Below, piece by piece: positions 1-7,463 of a stretch of DNA of 9,907 bases. The stretch's first letter is position 1. Every line of letters begins with the position of its first letter. The position numbers were made by a program, and so were the translations under genes. Below the pieces are notes generated by a model that did no database searches, was not told the origin of the DNA, and saw only the letters and a program-made list of their open reading frames with translations. This DNA is from Paraspadella gotoi (lineage: Eukaryota; Animalia; Chaetognatha): the NCBI GenBank assembly GCA_051294375.1, contig JBJCIZ010000561.1:1-9907 (forward strand), given 5' to 3'.

Positions 1-244
1 AAAAAAGAGAGAGATTGTAATAATTTTGAATTTATATTTTTGTTCAATGTGCTAATTGTCGCAACTATTTATAAGTATGTTTTAAGCGTAATTTTTTTGC
101 ACCTTAAACCTCATTTCCAATTGACTTGGATTCCATGCGAAACTTAATTTCCCCGCTTAATAGACTTGGGTTTACAACCGCCCACATCAAAATTTCGAGG
201 TCAATCGCCCACTTCCTCGTCGTGAGTAATGTAGTAAGGGGGGT

Positions 245-290
245 ACGGACGGGTCGACGGAGCGACAGTCAGACAAACAGACGCACGGGA
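245..290 (+). repeat. Degenerate GACG/GACA tetranucleotide microsatellite, possibly from a Helentron-associated (HINE/DINE-1-like) element
   Basis: acggacgggtcgacggagcgacagtcagacaaacagacgcacggga, preceded by aaaatttcgaggtcaatcg (189-207) and followed by a T run. Confidence 0.4.
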
Positions 291-377
291 CCTTTTTTTT
301 TTTTTTGCATGCATTTATCTTTGAAAATGTAATGACAAAGTCTTGATAGAACATGCAACGATTTTATTTTTATTGTT

Positions 378-420
378 TGCAGACAAGTTTCGGGCTTTCA
401 ATTCAGCCTTCATCAGTTCC
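378..420 (-). ncRNA. Minimal type I hammerhead ribozyme motif (Penelope-like element pseudo-LTR type)
   Basis: The minus strand reads GGAA-CTGATGA-A-GGCT-GAATTGAA-AGCC-C-GAAA-CTTG-TC-TGCA. The CUGAUGA box is at 416-410, followed by a 4-bp stem II (GGCT/AGCC), the GAAA box (391-388), a minimal stem III (A-U, C-G) and a GUC triplet (384-382). Two AATAAA follow on the same strand (374-369, 368-363). Stem I pairing is poor. Confidence 0.62.
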
Positions 421-511
421 ATCAAGAAGCATTCTAAGATGGGTCTAAATGATTTACGGGCAATATTTAGCGGTCGGGACCGCGACCGGACAAAGTTGAA
501 TTATAAGAGCG

Positions 512-532
512 GGATCTGCTTACAGCAGATCC
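512..532. other. Perfect 9-bp hairpin
   Basis: GGATCTGCT-TAC-AGCAGATCC, followed by an A-rich run on the + strand. Confidence 0.85.
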
Positions 533-919
533 GGTTAAAATAGAATAAAGAAAAGAAAAAATGCAACTAGGGAAAGAAGAGAGAAAGGCAAACAAAGTAA
601 AGCAAGCGAATAAAATTTGTTAATGAGATTTGTTGTTGCTGATTGTATGCAGGGTGTTTTCTTTTTTGGCCTTAATCGAACGCATTTCAAATCGACTGCC
701 AAGTAAAAAAAAGTACATTCGTTTAATATAAACTATTTAATTTAATTTTAATAAATAAACGTCTCTGGTTTTGCTACATTCGGGTTAAGGTTCTTATTCC
801 TTCTTTTGCAGAGAATAAATGATTGAGGGAGCTTTCATCAATTCTCACAGTCAAGTCGCTGATTTGCTTGGTCCAAGGTGTGTGGGAATGGCCTCTTGCC
901 AGCCAGTTTTGCAAGTTTT

Positions 920-1083
920 GAAAAAATGGAATTAGGAAGAAAAATGAAGAAAAAAAAATTTAAAAAAAAGAAAAAAAAAGAAAGAACAGAAAAAAAAAAG
1001 AAAATTAAGAAAAAGAAAGAAAAGTGAGAGAAACAATTAAATATAAAGGAAATAAAAGAAGAGAAATAAAATAATTTAATAAA
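920..1083 (+). repeat. A/G-rich low-complexity tract
   Basis: Runs of A interrupted by G or T; source of the poly-Phe ORF 838..1119. Confidence 0.9.
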
Positions 1084-1176
1084 ATGGCGGAACAAAATTG
1101 GAGAGCTAACAGGATTCATGTGGGGAAAATTCGAAATAAATTGTTTCTATTGAGGTCAAATTTGCATTCCTTTTTG

Positions 1177-1270
1177 TTCTCTCTCTTCTCTCTCCGTCGT
1201 CTCTGCTCTCTGCTCTCGCTCTCTCTCTGCTCTCCTCTCTCTCTCTGCTGCTCTGCTCTCTTCGTCTCTC
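1177..1270 (+). repeat. Degenerate (CT)n microsatellite
   Basis: ctctct runs with scattered single-G interruptions. Confidence 0.92.
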
Positions 1271-1332
1271 GTATGATGGGTTTTACATACGTATAGTTTT
1301 TGTGGATTTTTAAAATTTGCAAATTGTTTTGT

Positions 1333-1539
1333 TTTCTTAATCAATTACAGGAGAAACAGAAACTCAAAAGGTGGAATCGATATGGAACCGGATCAAAAGA
1401 CTCGGGAAGAAATCACCAAAAAATGAAATCAGCTCTCTGAATTGGGTCGAGAGGCCAATGGCAATCGGCCAATAATGCGAATGGGCTGTAAATTTTTAAC
1501 CGCATCGTCTCTAATCACGTTGCAACTGTATATAGATAG
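1333..1539 (+). mobile_element. Frameshifted C-terminal fragment of an ISXO2/IS1595-like DDE transposase (eukaryotic Merlin superfamily), pseudogenised
   Basis: Manual translation gives FLN[-1 nt]ITGETETQKVESIWNRIKRLGKK (frame from 1341; E at 1374-1376, W at 1383, K at 1395). After a frameshift it reads QWQSANNANGL*IFNRIVSNHVATVYR* (1456-1539). This matches the family pattern as I recall it: FV(D/N)PxTGxHTQxIESxWxxxKR...ExxW...FxxILxHIAxVY. AATAAA lies at 1607-1612. Confidence 0.6.
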
Positions 1540-1796
1540 CTGTTGATTTTGGTATGTGAGTATTCTGTTCCAAATTGACACCGTCTTCTTGCTTGTGTAT
1601 TCTACAAATAAAGTTCGCACTTAGATTTCAATATCGAAAGTCGGCGCTGTGTGCTTTACTTAAGTGCTATTCAATTTTAACTAAATTTTTCAAATTTGTT
1701 AAATTGAGTTAAATTACGGTCATCCATGGGAAGAACAGGTTTTGCGAAACGAGTGACAACCATCAACTCAGCAAACAGTCCACAAGCAAACAAGCA

Positions 1797-1863
1797 AAGA
1801 AGCGAGAGAAGAGAAGAGAGAGGAGAGAGAGAGGAGGAGACAGAGAAAGAGAGAGAGAGAAAG
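1797..1863 (+). repeat. Degenerate (GA)n microsatellite
   Basis: gagaga runs. Confidence 0.92.
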
Positions 1864-2270
1864 ACTCAATCAAGAAAATGGCAGCCTTGAGTTTTTTTTG
1901 GAATCGGCATTCCGAAGGTGGAAAAAAAAGGAAGAAAAAAAACAGATATGTAAAAAAAGTGAAAGAATAATTAAAAAGGAAAATTGAAAGGATTAGGTAA
2001 TAGTTGGCACTGATTTGACAAACGCGACGCGCGTTCTGTTCCCAATCTTGTATTTCATTTTAAATCGAAATGTTATATCATCTTTTTACGCGAATTTTTA
2101 AAACGCCTACTTTAACCATAGCTTTTTCTCTAATCATTAGCTAACTCTATTTCAACGCCTAGCTATAATTATTAAATTTAAAAATAACTGTAATTTAGAA
2201 ATTAAGCGTTAAAATGACATTTTGGAAAAATTGTTTTCGTAAGCGCTAACATAGGAAAGCGTGAGAAATC

Positions 2271-2340
2271 TATTATAAATCTATAGTTTATAGTAAATAT
2301 ATAATATAATCATATAATATAATAGTATATAATATATTAT
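2271..2340. repeat. TA-rich low-complexity tract
   Basis: tatataatataatcatataatataatagtatataatatattat. Confidence 0.8.
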
Positions 2341-2420
2341 GATCTATTGTTAGAGAACGCCAGGAAATGAATTGTATCAAAATAGCTTGTCTTGCTTAAC
2401 GTTCTGCGGTATTTTTCTTG

Positions 2421-2874
2421 AACAATGGCAGAGAGGAAGCTTCTGTCTTGACCATCAGAGAAGAGGCTTCTGTCTGACCAATCAGAGAGGAGGCTTCGTG
2501 TCTTTGATGCAATCAGAGAGGAGACGTCTGTCTTGCATCAATCAGGAGGAAGGCTTCTGTCTTGACCATAGAGAGGTGGCTTCTGTCCTTGATCAATCAG
2601 AGAGGTGGCTTTCTGTCTTGACCACTCAAGAGAGGAGGCATCATCCCCCTGTCTTGACGCATCCCGAGAGGAGGCTTCTGGTAGGATAAGCTCCCCAGAG
2701 AGGTGGCTTCTGTCTTGACCACCCTCCCCACGAGAGGGGCTTACTGTCTTGACCCCGCCCCGCGAGCTCAGAGAGGTGGCTTTCTGTCTTGACACAATCA
2801 GAGAGGTGGCTTCTGTCTTGACCAATCCAGAGAGGTGGCTTCTTCCTTGACCAATCAGAGGGAGGCTTTCCCTG
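2421..2874 (+). repeat. Minisatellite, about 15 copies of a 28-bp consensus ACCAATCAGAGAGGTGGCTTCTGTCTTG
   Basis: Unit starts are near 2421, 2451, 2477, 2507, 2536, 2565, 2592, 2621, 2657, 2686, 2718, 2752, 2792, 2821 and 2850. Units are 25-40 bp long. Confidence 0.95.
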
Positions 2875-3214
2875 CCGGAAGGAGAGATGAGAAGAAGCAA
2901 ACGAGGCAAGTCTTCAACTTCAACCTCAAGGAAACTAACATCAATTTTCCCCAGTTTGTGAAATATTTTCCTTTGTACTTTAAATAATAGTTTTAATGCA
3001 TCATAATTTCCCTTATTTAAGTTTTAGTTTGCTCGCCGGTATAAAACGCGACTCGCTACTACTGGGTGGTGCAGTGCGGTGAGATTGAACGCCACGCCTC
3101 AAAAAGAGAAAATGATTACGAAGAAATTGATAAAAATGATTCAGGTAAAAAAATGAGAGAAAGGGAGGAACTAAATAGTTTTCTTTTAAGTGACATCATA
3201 TACAAGGACGGGTG

Positions 3215-3395
3215 AGATAAGAACAGGTTTTTTATGGGATTTACAAGTTGGCAGGTTTTTAAATTTTTGCTAATGAGTGTCGATTTTACATTGATTTACA
3301 TTAAAAAATGATTTTAATGTTTACAAATCGAAATATGGGCAAAAATTTAAAATACTGCACTTGTAAATCCCGACAAAAAAAAAACTGTTTTATCT
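3215..3395. mobile_element. Long imperfect inverted repeat (fold-back / MITE-like element)
   Basis: Arms 3215-3306 and 3312-3395 are reverse complements around a 5-nt loop. Exact blocks include GGGATTTACAAGT (3236-3248) / ACTTGTAAATCCC (3359-3371), TTTTAAATTTTTGC / GCAAAAATTTAAAA and ACATTAAAA / TTTTAATGT. The palindrome is directly visible; the MITE label is inference. Confidence 0.75.
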
Positions 3396-3445
3396 ATAAT
3401 TTTTTTTTCTTTTTTTTTTTAGGAGAAATCACGGTGACAAAGTGA

Positions 3446-3695
3446 AAGAATGAAAGACGCAAAAGAAAAAAGAAAGAAAAATATGAAAAAAATTCGAACG
3501 GAAAATTAAAAAAGAAAATTTGAGAAAAAAAGAAGAAAGGAATAAATTTAAAGAAGGAAAAAAAAAATTGAAAACAAACGAAAAAAAAATAAATAAAAGA
3601 AAAATAATAAAGAAAGATAAAAATAATAATGAAAAAGAAGAAATATAAAAGCAAACAATAGTAAAACAAATTAGGAAAAGCTAAAAAGGAAGCAA
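3446..3695 (+). repeat. A-rich low-complexity tract
   Basis: Poly-A runs with G/T interruptions; source of ORF 3394..3669. Confidence 0.88.
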
Positions 3696-3911
3696 ACGAG
3701 AACTGGCTTCGGTGTTATTGTTTTCCTTTTTAAATTTAATGCGGGAGATACATTTACAATGCTAATGTTGTGTTGTGTTTCTAACAAATAATGTGCTTTC
3801 TGTGAAAGCCAAATGTTACAAAATCTAAAATGAATGTAAAATAACGAAGGGATTTTAGAAATACTAACACTAAATTATAAAAGCTAACGTTTTTCAAACT
3901 AACGCAAAAGC

Positions 3912-3975
3912 AAGAGACGAGAGAGAGACCAGAGAGAGAGCAGAGAGAGAGAGAAGAGAGAGAGAGAGAATGAGA
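3912..3975 (+). repeat. Degenerate (GA)n microsatellite
   Basis: gagaga runs. Confidence 0.92.
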
Positions 3976-4142
3976 ATTTGTCCTGAAGTGGGATTTTCTG
4001 GATCAAATTTCAAAAATCAACAAAATCGTTGTGATTAACTTTGAGCGAAAAAAAAATCATTCGTAAACTTCTAATAAAAAATATATTTTAGTTGCGCGGA
4101 TGTTTTTTTTTTAAGAGAAAAGAGACTCCCACTGCTTTGCTA

Positions 4143-4247
4143 TTTCTCTCTCTCTGCTCTATCTCTCTCTCTCTCTCTCTCCTTCTCATCATCTCGGATC
4201 TCCTGCTCTCTCTCTCGTCTCTCTCTCTCTTTCTCTTTTCTCTCTCC
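4143..4247 (+). repeat. Degenerate (CT)n microsatellite
   Basis: ctctct runs, in opposite polarity to both flanking GA tracts. Confidence 0.92.
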
Positions 4248-4328
4248 TAAGATTTTAGTAAACACGTGGCAACAAAGTAGCGGGAGAAATGCGTTTTTTT
4301 TATTTCTTATTAGCGTAAAAGGAATCCA

Positions 4329-4383
4329 AGAAGAGGAGTGATGAGGAGAGAGAGAATAGAGAGAGAAATAGAGAGAGAGAGAG

Positions 4384-4458
<75 letters not shown>

Positions 4459-4638
4459 AAGACGAGAGAGAGAGAGAGAAAAGAGAGAGAAACAGGCAGA
4501 CAGAGAAAAGAGAAATAGAGAGAGCGAGATGCCTGGAGGAATCGTCAACGAATGGTGAAAAAATTCCAAATGATTGACGAAGTTTGTGACGTGTGAAACC
4601 GGGGAGATAGTTAAGTGAGAGAGAGAGAGAGAGAGAGT

Positions 4639-4702
<64 letters not shown>

Positions 4703-4831
4703 AGAAGAGAGAGAGTAGAGAGGAGAGAGACGTAAGGGCGATGGTGTTGATGCTGAGACCGCAGAGATGAGAAAGGTGATGAAAAGAGGAAAAGAATAAG
4801 GAAATAGAGAGAGAGAAGAGAGAGAGAGAGG

Positions 4832-4871
<40 letters not shown>

Positions 4872-4915
4872 GGATATGAAAGAGAAGAGTTAGAAAAAGA
4901 GGAGAGTGAGAGACA
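4329..4915 (+). repeat. Compound (GA)n microsatellite in three blocks (about 4329-4527, 4617-4729, 4800-4915)
   Basis: Long gagaga runs separated by 70-90 bp mixed-sequence islands. Confidence 0.95.
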
Positions 4916-5010
4916 GACAAGCTTTGAATTTTAAATTTACTTCTATTGGGTAAATTGCGAAAAAGAGAAAATGGCCGCTGAGTTTTTGAATTTTCTTTCT
5001 TATTTTTTTA

Positions 5011-5133
5011 TTTGAAAAAGAAGGCGAACAACGACTTGGAGAAATAGAACCATTAATAATGTGTAATATTTTAATGTGATATTCAACAAGGAAAGGCAAG
5101 TGGGGAGAGGCGATAGTTCTCAATGACTTCCTT
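5011..5133 (+). mobile_element. Possible short LINE ORF2 relic (pre-RT linker motif)
   Basis: gga aag gca agt ggg gag (5090-5107, GKASGE) is followed, after indels, by ata gtt ctc aat gac ttc ctt (5113-5133, IVLNDFL). This resembles the recalled motif GKAxGxDGIxNEFL. It is short and indel-dependent. Confidence 0.25.
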
Positions 5134-5629
5134 GTGATTCAGTTTAAAAAGTTTAAAAAAAAAGATAAAGAAGAAAACTCGATCCAAAAATTAAAAAAAA
5201 ATAAAAAACAAAACACACGAAACAATAAAAACTAACGAAACAAAACGAAGCAAAACGAAAGCAATTGTTTTTTGATATCGGGTTTTTAAAATGTTTAAGG
5301 TGATATTTTTTTTTTTATTGAACATCAAAAACGATAATTAACCATAATTCCAAAGACAGTAATGGGCTATAATAATAGATTGAAGTTATATAGAAGTGAT
5401 ATAACATTCAATTAAGAAATATATCATGAACATTTAGTGGAAATTAATCCGAGTTAATTTTTCCTTAACTTTAAAAACGCAAAAATTAGAACGAGTTTCG
5501 GTGATTATTTTTTTTAATAGATTTTCTGTTTATTTTCTTTCATTTTTTAACGAGTAAAATTAAAATTAAACGATTTGAACGATGTATTAAACCGCCCGAC
5601 GGGGCCAATGAATTATATTATTAATTAAA

Positions 5630-5861
5630 ATAAGTAAATAAAAGGTAAAATGCTAAAAAATGACAAAAGAAATAAAAAGAAAAAGAAACGAAAAAAAGTC
5701 AAAAGAGAAAAAAGAACAAATAGAAATGTCAAGAATTTTTGAAGAAAATGAAAGAAGAAAGTTTTTAAATAAAAAAAGAAAAAAAAGAAAAAGAAAAAGT
5801 GAATAACAAAGAGACAGAAAGTAAATAAGAAATTGAAAAATTAAAAAAGGGAGAAGAGACA

Positions 5862-5927
<66 letters not shown>

Positions 5928-6022
5928 AGCGAGAAAGAAAGGACAGAAAGCAGGCCTAAGAAAGCAGAAAGGAACTCCAGAGAGACAGAGACAGAGAAAG
6001 AGAGAGGGCGAGAGAGAGACAG
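5630..6022 (+). repeat. A-rich tract followed by (GA)n microsatellite (5848-6022)
   Basis: Near-perfect GA run at about 5868-5927. Confidence 0.92.
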
Positions 6023-6107
6023 ATGAGTTAAGTGTTAAGGAAAATTGAAAAAAAAGTGGGACGCGTGAAGTCGTGACGCGGTTCCGCTATGGTGAAAGGC
6101 GCGCGAG

Positions 6108-6146
6108 GGAGGAGGAGGAGGAGGAGGAGGAGGAGGAGGAGGAGGA
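6108..6146 (+). repeat. (GGA)13 trinucleotide microsatellite
   Basis: Thirteen perfect GGA units. Confidence 0.97.
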
Positions 6147-6712
6147 AGGAAAAAGAAAATGAGGAGGAGGAGGAAGAAGCAGGAGGAAGGTTAAGAGGGA
6201 GAGGAGGAAAGGAACAAAGGAAAAAAGGGAAAGGAAAAATGAGGAAAGAAAAAGGAGGAAAGGAAAAAAAGAGGAAAGGAAAAGGAGAGAAAGAAAACGG
6301 CGAAAAAAAAAGGCGGAGAAAGAAAAAATAGAAAAGGAAAAGAAAGAAAGGAAAAGTAGGAAAGAAAAGGAGGGAAAGAAAAAAGAGAAAGGGGGAAAAG
6401 GAGGAAAGAAAAAAGAGGTGCGTCAAAAATCGGATGAAGACTCGTTTAAAAAAAAAGGGAGGAAAAGGAAAGATAAAAAAGGAAGGAAGAGGAGAGTTAA
6501 AAGAAAAGAAAAATGAGGAAGAGGAAAGATAAAAGAAAAAAAAAGGGAGGAAGAGGAATTAAAAAGGAGAGAATAAATTAAAAGGAAGGAAATTAAAAAG
6601 TAAGAAGGAAAGAGCAAAAAAGAAAAAAAGGAAAAAAAAATAAGAAAAGGGAAAAAAATAAGAAAAAATACAAAAATACAAAAGTAAAAAAAGACAAAAG
6701 GAAAAGAACAAA
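6147..6712 (+). repeat. Purine-rich (A/G) low-complexity tract
   Basis: Mostly A and G on the + strand. Confidence 0.9.
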
Positions 6713-6782
6713 CAATTTCTTTCATTCGATGTATGAATATTATGAGTAGAAAATGTACAAAAACTATAGCGGGTTAAAGTAA

Positions 6783-7144
6783 CATAAACAGGTTGTGGAT
6801 AAATTGCAAAATTGACTATTCGATATCATAGTTCGGGGATTTAACGCATAAGCTCCCAGCCAGGTTCCCTGAAATTGCCACAGGGTCTTTAGGAAGGAAC
6901 TCGCGGAACAATTACAAATATACTTTTTAGTCAGAGAGAAAAAATAATACTTGAGGAGGCCAAAAATATAAGATTTAGTATATTTTTTAAAATATGTATG
7001 AAATTGGTACAACTAATATACAATTAACTATTCATTTAATAAATAAGCTATCTTGCCCCTGACTTTAGACAGACCATGGTGCGTTACCGACTCTTACAAG
7101 GACAATGACATAGCAGGTTCCCAAAAACGCTTTCATTAAGAGTT
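6783..7144 (+). mobile_element. Highly degenerate non-LTR retrotransposon (CR1/L2-like LINE) ORF2 reverse transcriptase N-terminal fragment
   Basis: Collinear motifs across frameshifts and stops: QVVDKL (6789-6806), PG..EI (6860-6876), HRVFRKELAEQL (6879-6914), EAKNIRFSIFFK (6956-6991), SC/LTL (7051-7067), VTDSYKDNDI (7083-7112) and QK/AFIK/V (7122-7144). These compare with the recalled CR1-group pattern KAPGPDxIHPRVLKELAEQL..WxxANxxPIFK..RSCLT..VTxxxDxG..DFQKAFDKV. Spacing is shorter than canonical. Confidence 0.5.
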
Positions 7145-7223
7145 CTTGGTATAATATTTCAAAATAATTTTGTTTTTCCTTTTTTATTCTCTTTTCTTTG
7201 GAGTCCTCTGAGCGGGATTGCTC

Positions 7224-7307
7224 AGCCAATCAGAAATAACAATTTTTTATTGTCCTATCTCTTGTTTCTTCTTCAAGTATTTCTCCCTTCTTCAAAAAGC
7301 CAATCGG
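7224..7307 (+). promoter_or_regulatory. Two NF-Y-type CCAAT boxes (candidate)
   Basis: AGCCAATCAG (7224-7233) and AGCCAATCGG (7298-7307) are in the same orientation and match RRCCAATSRG. No linked gene is visible. Confidence 0.25.
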
Positions 7308-7463
7308 GGATTACACTTGTCAATAAACTCCCTGTTCCATGCGTCCGAAAATAAAATAGAAAGAATGAGCGAAATAAATATACAGAATATAAAGAGAAAC
7401 AGATAAAGAGAGAACGCACAGAAAGAAGATGAGGGGACTGAGAAAATTATAGATTATGCCCCA

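Noticed and set aside
512-545. Rho-independent terminator
   Set aside because: There is no U-tract directly 3' of the stem on either strand, no upstream gene, and the context is not bacterial.
838-1119. Phe-rich membrane-like ORFs (also 3394-3669, 6028-6725, 8176-8427)
   Set aside because: They are antisense translations of A-rich tracts.
1671-1707. AT-rich hairpin as the Merlin terminal inverted repeat
   Set aside because: It is a local, low-complexity dyad with no matching partner upstream of the transposase fragment.
2021-2035. AACGCG-ACG-CGCGTT dyad (similar 6-7 bp dyads at 4542-4580 and 8271-8286)
   Set aside because: Stems this short are expected by chance in 10 kb and have no supporting context.
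2421-2874. CRISPR array (constant core with a weak hairpin and variable intervening sequence)
   Set aside because: The variable parts are only about 5-18 nt and mostly variants of ACCAAT rather than unique spacers. There are no cas genes and the context is eukaryote-like.
2372-2909. ORFs 2372..2689 (+) and 2538..2909 (-) as repeat proteins
   Set aside because: The 28-bp unit is not a multiple of three, so the peptides cycle through frames. They are by-products of the minisatellite.
4574-4605. Second hammerhead (TTGACGA...GAAAC)
   Set aside because: The first core base is T rather than C, stem II does not abut GAAA, and no NUH cleavage triplet follows.
4300-4920. Long SL-repeat and RE-repeat ORFs (also 1084-1344, 5866-6048, 7447-7914, 8844-9729)
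   Set aside because: They are (GA)n/(CT)n translation artefacts.
5545-5558. TTTTAACGAGTAAA repeated at 9161-9174 as a target-site duplication
   Set aside because: The match is AT-rich, the copies are 3.6 kb apart, and they do not bracket a coherent element.
6089-6331. Protamine-like Arg/Lys/Glu-rich ORF
   Set aside because: It is a translation of (GGA)n and an A/G-rich tract that has few stop codons by composition. There is no independent coding evidence.
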